Made by a program: the position numbers and the translations under genes
Notes under the pieces: model-generated
Seen by the model: the letters and a program-made list of their open reading frames with translations, nothing else
The model's database searches: none
Told to the model about the DNA's origin: nothing
Assembly (NCBI RefSeq): GCF_000328665.1
Contig: NC_019977.1
Span: forward strand, 1,604,011 to 1,668,010
Source: Methanomethylovorans hollandica DSM 15978
Lineage (GTDB): Archaea > Halobacteriota > Methanosarcinia > Methanosarcinales > Methanosarcinaceae
Length of the DNA stretch: 64,000 nt
Reading direction: 5' to 3'
In this document: in pieces, positions 37,842 to 47,539 of the stretch
How the letters are laid out: every line of letters begins with the position of its first letter
Numbering within the stretch: the first letter of the stretch is position 1

Positions 37842-40208
37842 ATGGACCCATTCATACTGATAACATTGGCTGTATTCCTGCCATTTTTACTGGCCGTTGC
37901 CGTGCCAGCAGTAGAAAAGCTGATCAAACACAGAGTTGGCTGGTTTGCTACACTCGTTGCTTTCATAAGCTTTCTGCTGGTTATCAGTATTTCTCCCCTT
38001 GTGATGCATGGGGAAAATTTCCAGGCATCTGTGGAATGGCTTCCCTCAATGGGAGTAGAATATAGTATATATGTGGATGGCCTGAGCGTTCTTTTCGGTA
38101 TAATTATCACGGGTATAGGCATAATAATTATGTTCTACTCGAATGGGTACATGGGTCACAAGGAAGACCTGCCAAGGTACTACCAATGGCTTCTACTGTT
38201 CATGGGTTCCATGCTGGGAATGGTATTTGCCGCTAATACGATCATGCTCTTTGTCTTCTGGGAACTTACCAGCATCACATCTTTCATGCTCATCGGCTAC
38301 TGGAGGAACAAACCTCAGTCCGTGTATGGTGCGACGAAATCTTTGTTAGTGACAGCTGCAGGCGGACTTTTCATGCTTGCGGGCTTCATCGTGTTGCGTG
38401 CTATTACAGGCACCTTTGATATACCCACCATTCTGCAGAACGAAACACTGATAACAATGGTGAAAGGCCATGAATTGTTCCTTGCAGCTCTTATATTGAT
38501 ATTTATCGGAGCAGCATCAAAATCCGCTCAGGGTCCTTTCTATATATGGCTTCCCAATGCGATGGAAGCACCAACTCCTGTAAGCGCTTTTCTGCACTCT
38601 GCCACCATGGTAAAAGCCGGTATATATCTGGTAGCCAGGATACACCCCATATTTTCCGGAACAGAGGCCTGGTTTATACTTGTCAGCGGCACTGGAATGA
38701 TCACAATGCTGGCAGCAGGTTTCCTGGCTTTCAGGCAGACCGATATAAAAGCAATACTTGCGTATTCCACCATCAGCCAACTGGCATATATTATGGCCAT
38801 GTATGGATATACTACCTATCAGGAGCCAGGCATAGGAGTTGCTGCTGCAACCTTCCACCTGCTTAACCATGCAACGTTCAAAGCATGCCTGTTCCTTGTG
38901 GCAGGTATCGTTGCACATGAAGCTGCTACCCGTGATATCACACGGCTTGGCGGATTGCGGCACGAAATGCCCATCACGTTCATTATTGCCACGATAGGTG
39001 CCCTTTCCATGGCGGGAGTACCACCATTAAATGGTTTTTTGAGCAAGGAAATGTTCTATGAATCTTCCATTGAGATGGGACATGCGCTGGGAAGTCCTTT
39101 TACTTTCATTATCCCTGCGATTGCAGTTGCCGGCGGAGTATTCACTTTTGCATATTCTATAAAGTTCATAGCAGCTATTTTCCTGGGCAAGCGCCCTGAA
39201 AAAGGTATACCGCCCCATATTCATGATCCTTCGCTCATCATGATCCTTCCGGCAGCCTTCCTTGCCGGCCTTATCATTATCTTCGGGCTTGTGCCATCCA
39301 TAGCCGTACAAAATCTCATAGAACCTGCGGCATCTTCAATAATGATGGAAGCCCAGCATCTGCATGTACAGCTCTGGCATGGACTGACAGGCTCTCTGGC
39401 AATGACCGTAGTGACATTCCTGCTGGGCATCGCAGTGTACACAAAATATGACCGTATAGCAGAATGGCAGAACAGCTTTAACCGTAAATATCCGATGATC
39501 AGTGTCAATTACGTATACGATAGCCTTGTGAACAATGCAGGGGACACTTTGAAAGGCTTCTCTTCTTTCATGCAGCCAGGTAGTGTCAAGAGATATGTGG
39601 TTGCACTTCTTATCCTGATGGTCGTATTATTTGCCATACCTTTCCTGAAACTTTCAGCAGGTTTTGCACCGACATTGAACTTAAACCTGGAGCCATACGA
39701 ATTAGTGGTATTTTTCTTCATGATAATGGCTGCTGTGGGAGCAGCGGTGTTGCCCAAATATTTGCCGGCAGTGATCTCCCTTTCAGCCCTGGGGTACCTC
39801 GTAAGCTTACTTTTCATATACCTGTCGGCTCCGGACCTTGCACTTACCCAGGTATTGGTAGAAACCCTTTCCACTATAATCTTCCTGTTTGCTATTGTCA
39901 AGATCCCTCAGACCTTTAAGGAGCATATATCTCCATCCCTGTTCATGCGAGATGCTCTTATAGCAGTATCTGTGGCTTCTGTAGTATTTATTTTGCTGTT
40001 GAGTGCAACACAAGGCATCATTGCGCCCTTTGAGTCGCTTTCTTACTACTTTATAGAAAAGGCATTACCTCTTGCAGGCGGTCATAATATTGTCAACGTG
40101 ATAATCGTGGATTTCAGAGGATATGATACATTAGGAGAGATAGCTGTCATGTGTCTTGCTGCTCTTGGAGTTTATAATCTTATACACAGCAGAGGTGAGA
40201 GCCAATGA
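37842..40208 (+). CDS. mrpA: Na+/H+ antiporter subunit A
   Basis: FWELTSITSFMLIG, KSAQGPFYIWLPNAMEAPTPVSAFLHSATMVKAG, APDLALTQ, DFRGYDTLGE. Confidence 0.95.
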   Translation: MDPFILITLAVFLPFLLAVAVPAVEKLIKHRVGWFATLVAFISFLLVISISPLVMHGENFQASVEWLPSMGVEYSIYVDGLSVLFGIIITGIGIIIMFYSNGYMGHKEDLPRYYQWLLLFMGSMLGMVFAANTIMLFVFWELTSITSFMLIGYWRNKPQSVYGATKSLLVTAAGGLFMLAGFIVLRAITGTFDIPTILQNETLITMVKGHELFLAALILIFIGAASKSAQGPFYIWLPNAMEAPTPVSAFLHSATMVKAGIYLVARIHPIFSGTEAWFILVSGTGMITMLAAGFLAFRQTDIKAILAYSTISQLAYIMAMYGYTTYQEPGIGVAAATFHLLNHATFKACLFLVAGIVAHEAATRDITRLGGLRHEMPITFIIATIGALSMAGVPPLNGFLSKEMFYESSIEMGHALGSPFTFIIPAIAVAGGVFTFAYSIKFIAAIFLGKRPEKGIPPHIHDPSLIMILPAAFLAGLIIIFGLVPSIAVQNLIEPAASSIMMEAQHLHVQLWHGLTGSLAMTVVTFLLGIAVYTKYDRIAEWQNSFNRKYPMISVNYVYDSLVNNAGDTLKGFSSFMQPGSVKRYVVALLILMVVLFAIPFLKLSAGFAPTLNLNLEPYELVVFFFMIMAAVGAAVLPKYLPAVISLSALGYLVSLLFIYLSAPDLALTQVLVETLSTIIFLFAIVKIPQTFKEHISPSLFMRDALIAVSVASVVFILLLSATQGIIAPFESLSYYFIEKALPLAGGHNIVNVIIVDFRGYDTLGEIAVMCLAALGVYNLIHSRGESQ

Positions 40209-40621
40209 CCACAGTGATAACAAAAATGATCACAAGGATATGCTTACCATTAGTGATACTATTTTCCATATCATTATTGTTGGCCGGACATAACAATCCG
40301 GGCGGAGGGTTTATAGGAGGCGTCATGTTCGCGTCTATTATAGCCCTTGCTTATGTAGTATACGGACTTGAAACCATTAAAAGATCATTCAATCCGGATT
40401 GGGGCAAGTGGTTCGGTTTCGGATTAGTTCTGGCATCATTCACAGCTTTTGCCGCCCTTCCTTTTGGACATAATTTCTTTAGGAGTGCAGTAGAGTTTGT
40501 ACATATTCCCCTGATAGGGGAGATCGAACTGGTCTCTGCTGGCTTATTTGATATAGGGGTGTATTTTGTGGTGATCGGTTCTTTGCTTAGTATATTCCAG
40601 ATGGTTGGTGAGGACAAATGA
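40205..40621 (+). CDS. mrpB: Na+/H+ antiporter subunit B
   Basis: GHNNPGGGFIGG, FDIGVY. Confidence 0.93.
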   Translation: MTTVITKMITRICLPLVILFSISLLLAGHNNPGGGFIGGVMFASIIALAYVVYGLETIKRSFNPDWGKWFGFGLVLASFTAFAALPFGHNFFRSAVEFVHIPLIGEIELVSAGLFDIGVYFVVIGSLLSIFQMVGEDK

Positions 40622-41034
40622 ATAACACATTGCTATCCCTTACTATAGCTATACTTTTCGGGATAGGTACTTTTCTTATCCTGCGCAGAGACATTGTAAA
40701 AGTCATCATCGGCTTGAGCATAATGTCCCATGCAGTGAACTTGCTCATAGTATCTGTAGGAGTATTCAGCGGTAAAGATGTACCAATAATCACTCAGCAT
40801 GAAGTGGAGTCTACAAACACAATTTTCAGTGATTCTCTGCAAAGTGGTGTGCTTGCCCCTTTATTGAACGGAACTGAAACTACGCAGTTCGTGGACCCGC
40901 TGGTGCAGGCCCTGGTATTGACGGCTATCGTCATCAGCCTTGCAACAACAGCCGTGATTATTATACTTGCATATCGTATTCATGAAGAATATGGTACCAC
41001 TGATATACAAAAACTAAAGAGGTTGTGGGGATGA
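40618..41034 (+). CDS. mrpC: Na+/H+ antiporter subunit C
   Basis: DPLVQALVLTAIVI. Confidence 0.93.
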   Translation: MNNTLLSLTIAILFGIGTFLILRRDIVKVIIGLSIMSHAVNLLIVSVGVFSGKDVPIITQHEVESTNTIFSDSLQSGVLAPLLNGTETTQFVDPLVQALVLTAIVISLATTAVIIILAYRIHEEYGTTDIQKLKRLWG

Positions 41035-42569
41035 GTTCGATGATCCATCATTTCCCTATTCTGCTTATAGCAATACCCATACTTACAGCGGCTCTCACAA
41101 TGATGCTGCGCTCAAGGTCGAAGCTGCAGGCGGGACTGAGCGTCCTTGCATCATTTTCACTTGTAATTATAAGCTTGTTGTTGCTGATAGAAGTATGGAG
41201 ATCAGGGATACAAGTCTATGAAGTTGGGGAATGGGGCAAATATGGGATCATGCTTGTGGCAGATCTGCTCAGTGCAGGCATGGTGGTAATGAGTGCAGGC
41301 GTGTCTTTCCTTTCACTCATATATTCCCTGGACTACATTGAGAAACGTTCATTGCCCACATATTATCCCCTGTTCAACCTGCTGATAGCCGGTTTGCATG
41401 GTTCCTTCCTTACAGGGGACATTTTCAACCTGTTCGTTTTCTTTGAAGTACTATTACTCTCATCCTGTGGACTTGTAATGGCACTTGAAAAGGGTGGAGT
41501 TACAAAAAGTTCAGACAAGCTGGAAGCAACGTTCAAATACCTTATTCTGAACATGCTAGGCTCTTTCCTTATGCTGATAGCTGTTTCAGCTTTATATGCA
41601 ACCACAGGTACCCTGAACATGGCAGATATATCGGTGAAACTTAGCGCCATGCAGGCAGCGGGCAATCTTCCCTGGCATGTGTTTGCCATAGGTCTTCTGT
41701 TTATAGTTGTATTTGGTAACAAGGCAGCCATATTCCCATTACATTACTGGCTACCCGATGTGCATCCCACAGCACCTTCCCCTATAAGCGCCATGCTAAG
41801 TGGCGTACTTATAAAGGTAGGAGTGTACGGCATGCTCAGAGTATTCTTCTACATATTTACAGACTTACTGGGCATGTTCCAGCCCATAATAATAGTGCTT
41901 GCATTGTTCACAATAGGCATCGGAGCTGCATCGGCAGTTGCACAGACAGATGTAAAGAGATTGCTGGCTTATTCCAGTGTTAGTCAGATAGGCTATGTGT
42001 TCTTAGGTATTGGTTTCGGAAGTGCGGGAGCCATCGCAGCATCCCTTGTGTACCTGGTCAATCATGCTATCGCAAAATCATTGTTGTTCCTTACTTCAGG
42101 AGGTATCATACATCATGCAGGTACTCGCGATATGAGCAAGATGGGAGGTATGGCCAATAGTTCTCCTTTCATGGCCGCAGCTTTCCTGATAGGCAGCATG
42201 TCGATAGCGGGACTGCCTCCCATGGGAGGTTTCATCTCCAAGTTTTCCCTGTTCGATGCTGGTCTTATTGGACAACACTACACAGAAATTGCAATTGCGC
42301 TGCTGTTCGCTGTATTTTCGCTGTTCTATATGTTCAGGGCATGGTTGCTTATGTTCTGGGGTGAGAAAAGAGATGTAAAGATACATGGAGAATACTCACA
42401 GCACGGTAGCTCTCCCCTGATATATCTGCCAATTGCCATTCTGGCCCTGACGGTTCTGGTCCTGGGCCTTTATGCAGAACCTTTGTTTTCCCTGGCTCAG
42501 GCAACTGCAGTGCAGATACTTGACCCCCAGCCATACATAGATGCTGTAATGACAAGGGTGGTAAGATGA
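41031..42569 (+). CDS. mrpD: Na+/H+ antiporter subunit D
   Basis: TGDIFNLFVFFEV, KAAIFPLHYWLP, KRLLAYSS, AGLPPMGGF. Confidence 0.93.
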   Translation: MSSMIHHFPILLIAIPILTAALTMMLRSRSKLQAGLSVLASFSLVIISLLLLIEVWRSGIQVYEVGEWGKYGIMLVADLLSAGMVVMSAGVSFLSLIYSLDYIEKRSLPTYYPLFNLLIAGLHGSFLTGDIFNLFVFFEVLLLSSCGLVMALEKGGVTKSSDKLEATFKYLILNMLGSFLMLIAVSALYATTGTLNMADISVKLSAMQAAGNLPWHVFAIGLLFIVVFGNKAAIFPLHYWLPDVHPTAPSPISAMLSGVLIKVGVYGMLRVFFYIFTDLLGMFQPIIIVLALFTIGIGAASAVAQTDVKRLLAYSSVSQIGYVFLGIGFGSAGAIAASLVYLVNHAIAKSLLFLTSGGIIHHAGTRDMSKMGGMANSSPFMAAAFLIGSMSIAGLPPMGGFISKFSLFDAGLIGQHYTEIAIALLFAVFSLFYMFRAWLLMFWGEKRDVKIHGEYSQHGSSPLIYLPIAILALTVLVLGLYAEPLFSLAQATAVQILDPQPYIDAVMTRVVR

Positions 42570-43060
42570 AAAAATACATTCCTCTGGCAGCTATATTTGG
42601 AGTGATATGGTGCTTAATTCATGGCACTATCGATCTGAATAACTTTATATTTGGTTTCCTGCTCGGCCTGCTTACCATAAGGCCTTTCAGATTCCTTTAC
42701 AAGCCTGAAGAGAACTTCAAATTATTATCTCCGCCAAACCGTATAATTTCGATCATAAGGTATTTTATGGTCCTTATTAAGGAGATAATTAAAGCCAACA
42801 TAGTGGTGGCTAAGGTCGTAACAAAACCAAAGATAGATATAAAACCGGGAATCATTGCAGTTCCCATCAGATGCAAGACCGATCTGGGCATCACCGGGAT
42901 CGCAAATACAATAACCCTCACCCCAGGTACAATTACGGTAGATATATCAGATGACCATTCAATGCTCTATGTGCACTGCCTCGATGCATCTGATCCTGCA
43001 GCCGTATGTGCATCTATACGTGATGATCTTGAAAAATATATACTGGAGGCTTTCGAATGA
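42566..43060 (+). CDS. mrpE: Na+/H+ antiporter subunit E
   Basis: ANTITLTPGT, LYVHCLD. Confidence 0.93.
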   Translation: MKKYIPLAAIFGVIWCLIHGTIDLNNFIFGFLLGLLTIRPFRFLYKPEENFKLLSPPNRIISIIRYFMVLIKEIIKANIVVAKVVTKPKIDIKPGIIAVPIRCKTDLGITGIANTITLTPGTITVDISDDHSMLYVHCLDASDPAAVCASIRDDLEKYILEAFE

Positions 43061-43320
43061 TCAGTTTACTGGATTTCTCCCTGATATTCATGGTGCTTGC
43101 ATTCATACCATGCATGTATCGTATAATCAAAGGCCCCACTATCCCTGACAGGGTAGTGGCCCTGGATGCCATGACAACTGTGATAATAGTCATGCTTGGG
43201 GCCTATTCTTACGATAAAGGCTCAGCCTTTTTCATGGACGTAGCCCTGGTGCTGGCAGTGATATCTTTCGTAGGTACTGTGACCATTTCAAAATACCTTG
43301 ATGAAGGAGTGGTCTTATGA
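43057..43320 (+). CDS. mrpF: Na+/H+ antiporter subunit F
   Basis: RIIKGPTIPDRVVALD. Confidence 0.93.
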   Translation: MISLLDFSLIFMVLAFIPCMYRIIKGPTIPDRVVALDAMTTVIIVMLGAYSYDKGSAFFMDVALVLAVISFVGTVTISKYLDEGVVL

Positions 43321-43682
43321 GCATAGTAGGTATATTCAGCATGATAATGAACATCCTGAGCGACATAGTGCTGCTGATAGGCCTAGTTTTCGTATTCCTT
43401 GGTATGCTGGGCCTGATGCGCATGCCTGACGTGTACAACCGTCTGCATACGACTTCCAAGATAGGTACGGTCGGAGCCTTCGGAGTAATGCTGAGCATCC
43501 TCATGAGAGCAGGTTTCACACCTATAGGTATCAAAGCTATTACCGTGGGTCTGTTCTTACTCCTTACAGCTCCTATTGCAGCTCACATGATCACAAGAGC
43601 AGCGCACAGGCATGGAGTAGGATTATGTAAGGAATCTGTTATAGATGAGTATGGAAAAGCATGCGAGAGATGTAAAAAGTAA
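43317..43682 (+). CDS. mrpG: Na+/H+ antiporter subunit G
   Basis: GLMRMPDVYNRLH, LLTAPIAAH. Confidence 0.93.
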   Translation: MSIVGIFSMIMNILSDIVLLIGLVFVFLGMLGLMRMPDVYNRLHTTSKIGTVGAFGVMLSILMRAGFTPIGIKAITVGLFLLLTAPIAAHMITRAAHRHGVGLCKESVIDEYGKACERCKK

Positions 43683-43877
43683 TACCCATATTTCATTTCT
43701 TTTATTTTTTATTTAAAATATACATATATGCTTGAAAAATGTATACACATTTGATTGATCTTGTCGGATTTTTCATAATCGTTGACCCGATGAGAACATA
43801 GCAAAATCAGTATAACAAGTAAAATACAGTATGAAACATTAATCCACACAAATTGAGATCCACTGCATTATAATCAT

Positions 43878-43942
43878 GTGAGCGGGTTGGGGAGTGGGGG
43901 TTAGTGTGGGAGTGGGGTTAAAAATGTTGTACCCGCTCACTT
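43878..43942 (-). ncRNA. Candidate small RNA: 10-bp stem with C-rich loop; 3' end undefined
   Basis: GTGAGCGGGT/ACCCGCTCAC perfect stem; loop with two CCCCACTCCC copies; BRE-TATA (AGAAAG-TATATATA) about 30 nt upstream on the minus strand. Confidence 0.5.
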
Positions 43943-44242
43943 GGCCTTTGATAGGAACTAATGATATATATACTTTCTCTTCACTGGATATCCGTAGTCT
44001 TACTTTATACTTTGCGCTTTAAATCTGATGGTAGAATCTGGTTCTATATATTGGAACTGTTGCGTTCCTGAACATTTCTGCATTACCAGGATGTGGCAAT
44101 TGATCTAATATACATGCTGATACATTTACATAATGCTTATTGCATGACCTCCCCTATATGTGATATGGGCACTACCCTTTATGTCATTGATATTTATTTG
44201 TATTACCCATGTTTTTTATTTCAGTATAAAGGTAGGATAGGA

Positions 44243-45523
44243 ATGTTAAAAGAGTACATTGACATTGGATATGTTCCTGATGAAACCGATTTTGTATGTG
44301 AATATCATCTGGAACCTGCGCTGCGAGTTAGTTTCGAGGAAGCCTGTAACCATCTGGCCGGAGAATGTTCCATTGGAAAGTGGAGTGATATTGCTCTGCT
44401 GAACCCTAAACTTGCACAGAAATTAAAACCCCATGTGTTCCACATAGATAAAAAGAAACATGTTGTCAGAGTTTCATATCCCCAGGACCTGTTCGAGTTC
44501 TGCTCGGTGTCTCATATCATCAGTACAGTTGCAGGCAGAATACTGAATAGTAATATGATAAGCAGATTAAAGCTGCATGATATTATCTTTCCGCCAGACC
44601 CTGTGAACGAACTCTGGGGACCAAAGTACGGTGTGGGAGGAATAAGAGATCTTACAGGTGTTTATGATCGCCCCCTGGTGAATGCTGCTGTAAGGCCAAA
44701 GGTTGGACTTGATCCGGCAACACATGCAAAGGTCGCATATGATCTTTTTGTAGGGGGCTGTGATATGGTAAAAGACGACGAAAACCTGACCGATCAGAAG
44801 TTCAACAGGTTCGAAAAACGTGCAGAACTCACATTCGAGGCCCGGGAAGATGCAGAAGAGGAAACCGGAGAGAAAAAGATGTATATGTGCAACATCACTG
44901 CTCCCACATGTGAAGAGATGATAAGGAGAGCAAATTTTATAAGCAATATAGGTGGGCATTATGTAATGATAGATGCAGTGCCCACAGGCTGGAGCTCGGT
45001 GCAGACATTGCGTGATGTCACTGAAGAACTCGGACTTGCCATACATGCACAGATTCAGGGACATAATACCTTTACGGGTATGGAAGATCATAGTATCAGC
45101 CTGTATCTGATAACCAAGCTTGCCCGTCTTGCAGGGCTTGACCAGCTTTATATCGGTGACATTGACAAGCATTTCCATGAAAAGAAAAAAGAATTAATGG
45201 CACTGCATGATTGTTGTGTTATGGATAAAGTAAAAGGAAATGAAAAGATGCACATTCTCCCTCAGAACTGGGATGGGATAAAGCCTATGTTCCCTGTTGT
45301 TTCAGGCGGGTACGTACCTGCATTGATACCGGAGCTTATGAATGTATTTGACAAAGATGTTATAATAGATTGCAACAGTGGTATATATTCACATCCAATG
45401 GGCTGCGCTGCCGGTGCAAAATCTTGCCGGCAGGTTATTGAGGCAGTACTTGCCGGCGTGTCTCTGGAAGAATATGCAAAGAGCCATACAGAACTACAAG
45501 CTGCCTTTAACGATAAAGGATGA
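44243..45523 (+). CDS. rbcL: Form III RuBisCO large-subunit homologue with degenerate active site
   Basis: GPKYG..GIR, GGCDMVKDDENL, NITA, SGG, HPMG...GA; several catalytic positions substituted; start moved to ATG 44243. Confidence 0.88.
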   Translation: MLKEYIDIGYVPDETDFVCEYHLEPALRVSFEEACNHLAGECSIGKWSDIALLNPKLAQKLKPHVFHIDKKKHVVRVSYPQDLFEFCSVSHIISTVAGRILNSNMISRLKLHDIIFPPDPVNELWGPKYGVGGIRDLTGVYDRPLVNAAVRPKVGLDPATHAKVAYDLFVGGCDMVKDDENLTDQKFNRFEKRAELTFEAREDAEEETGEKKMYMCNITAPTCEEMIRRANFISNIGGHYVMIDAVPTGWSSVQTLRDVTEELGLAIHAQIQGHNTFTGMEDHSISLYLITKLARLAGLDQLYIGDIDKHFHEKKKELMALHDCCVMDKVKGNEKMHILPQNWDGIKPMFPVVSGGYVPALIPELMNVFDKDVIIDCNSGIYSHPMGCAAGAKSCRQVIEAVLAGVSLEEYAKSHTELQAAFNDKG

Positions 45524-45535
45524 TATGATCAAGCG

Positions 45536-46585
45536 ATGAAACACCATACAAAGATCTTTAACATAAATCCTGAGAACTTCTCAGATGTTATAGAAGAATG
45601 TGCTGAAATTATCTGCAGAGGCGGAACTGTGGCCATACCTACGGAAACCGTGTATGGCCTGAGTGCCAACGCACTTGATCCGGTAGCTGTAAACGGAATA
45701 TTCCATGCAAAAGGTCGCCCGGCAGATAATCCGCTGATCGTGCATGTGGCATCTGTGCAACAATTAGACAAATTAGTATTAGAGATCCCTGCAAAGGCTT
45801 TGTCCCTGATGGAGGCTTTCTGGCCCGGACCATTGACACTTATTCTGAAAAGGACTTGTATTGTTCCGGACATAACTACGGGCGGGCTGGATACGGTTGC
45901 TGTGAGAATGCCAGCCGATATTGTAGCACAGGAACTGATACGTGTATCCGGCAAACCTCTGGCAGCACCCAGTGCCAACACTTCAGGCAGACCAAGCCCC
46001 ACCACCGCAGCTCATGTGCTGCATGATCTGGAAGGAAGAATAGATGCAGTGATAGATGCAGGAAATACATGCATAGGAGTGGAATCCACAGTTATCGATA
46101 TGAGCGGAAAGAAACCTGCCATTTTGAGACCTGGATATATACCCGCGAGCAGGATCGAAGAGATCATAGGAGAAGTGGAGATCGGTTATAATGACAATGT
46201 GACAGAAACTGAGGGTGTAATCAGGTCTCCGGGCATGAAATACACACATTATGCTCCAAACGCCACTGTACTGCTTCTGGAAGGGGCCCATGATCTTGTA
46301 CAGGATAAGATCCGCGAAATGTATACTGATTTTACCTGCAGGGGAGCCAGAGTGGGCTTGCTTGTTACCAATGCTGGTCTTTTGTCCCTTACAAACGATA
46401 TGTTCTATCTTGGAAGCAAAGATGAACCTGAAGAAGTAGCCAGAAACCTTTTCCTAGGTTTACGTGCGCTGGATGAAAGAAGAGTGAACATCATACTTGC
46501 AGATGGATCTTTTACTCATGAAGGTGTTGGTGCAGCTGTAATGAACAGGCTGAGGAAAGCCTCTGAAATGATAATCAGACTATAG
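45536..46585 (+). CDS. sua5: L-threonylcarbamoyladenylate synthase Sua5
   Basis: PTETVYGL, KGRPADNPLIVH, FWPGPLT, APSANTSG, SPGMKYTHYAP. Confidence 0.95.
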   Translation: MKHHTKIFNINPENFSDVIEECAEIICRGGTVAIPTETVYGLSANALDPVAVNGIFHAKGRPADNPLIVHVASVQQLDKLVLEIPAKALSLMEAFWPGPLTLILKRTCIVPDITTGGLDTVAVRMPADIVAQELIRVSGKPLAAPSANTSGRPSPTTAAHVLHDLEGRIDAVIDAGNTCIGVESTVIDMSGKKPAILRPGYIPASRIEEIIGEVEIGYNDNVTETEGVIRSPGMKYTHYAPNATVLLLEGAHDLVQDKIREMYTDFTCRGARVGLLVTNAGLLSLTNDMFYLGSKDEPEEVARNLFLGLRALDERRVNIILADGSFTHEGVGAAVMNRLRKASEMIIRL

Positions 46586-46593
46586 GTGTATTT

Positions 46594-46827
46594 ATGAAAC
46601 CATACAAAAAAGACCAATTACATTCAAAGCAACGATACATTGCAATATTGAAAACAAATAAGCAACTTGCCAGGATAAATGTAGTTATATTGTCCCTGGG
46701 CCTGGCATTATCATATCTGGGGAAAGACAATATAGGTAATCCATTGCTCTGGCTGGGGATAATCATTTTCATATACACGATGTCATCTAACCTGATGGTC
46801 CGTCGTTCACTTAAAAAATTGAAATGA
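46594..46827 (+). CDS. Hypothetical small membrane protein (2 TM)
   Basis: 77-aa ORF with two hydrophobic segments, 8 nt after sua5. Confidence 0.6.
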   Translation: MKPYKKDQLHSKQRYIAILKTNKQLARINVVILSLGLALSYLGKDNIGNPLLWLGIIIFIYTMSSNLMVRRSLKKLK

Positions 46828-46850
46828 CCTGTAAGGTCAAAAGGTCACTT

Positions 46851-47312
46851 TTAAAAAAAACCGGTTGTTTTAAGCATTTTGAATGCCAGATCTGTGACCG
46901 CAAATTTAGCCTTGCTGACAAAACTTACAGGATCAATGGATATGGCTCCGCTTGCACGGGCTTCTTCATAGACAGTAAGCGGGGCTGTAGTTGTGATAAG
47001 GTTTCTGACAGTATCTTCATCGGTAGCGATGATCACAGTAGGATGGTAGTCACTTACATCCTTGACCTTTTCGAATTCTGTCACTCTGCCGTTCTCTGTA
47101 ACTAGCCATACGTTCAGTTCACTTCCATCGTTCATTATAATTCCCGCCAGGATACCTTCGTTCCCAAGGAGAACCTTAATTGAGCCGGGAAGTTCTTCGT
47201 AGTATGCGTTGTATTCCGTAACAGACCTGTCCAGGTCATTGAACAGCTCTGCATTTGCAGTACCCATCGTAATGAACAACAGGATAATTAACATGCATAA
47301 GGTCTTTTTCAT
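46851..47312 (-). CDS. Hypothetical secreted protein
   Basis: Signal peptide MKKTLCMLIILLFITMGTANA; GAGGT upstream. Confidence 0.7.
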   Translation of the reverse strand: MKKTLCMLIILLFITMGTANAELFNDLDRSVTEYNAYYEELPGSIKVLLGNEGILAGIIMNDGSELNVWLVTENGRVTEFEKVKDVSDYHPTVIIATDEDTVRNLITTTAPLTVYEEARASGAISIDPVSFVSKAKFAVTDLAFKMLKTTGFF

Positions 47313-47539
47313 ACCGTACCTCTTTTTTGTCCATTCAGCAGGAGTTTTTCCGTTAATCCTTGTTTTCTTTTTCTAGTATAAAGCCTTGTTCGTCTTAAAA
47401 AGAACAATTTATTGATATTTCGGGCATATATATATGTCCTCTGTCCTGAGATTGTTTTTTATATCGTGGTGTAATTAAGATATTGCTGTAAAGTATCTTT
47501 ATTATTTTCCTTTACACGTACTCACTTCGAGGTTTCCGG

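Noticed and set aside
37270..38065. ORFs 37270-37497 and 37631-38065 as real genes
   Set aside because: Better explained as fragments of the Hsp20 pseudogene and out-of-frame overlap with mrpA
44093..44242. 50-aa N-terminal extension of the RuBisCO homologue (similarly serA 32145-32297)
   Set aside because: AT-rich, promoter-like sequence; family similarity begins at the downstream ATG
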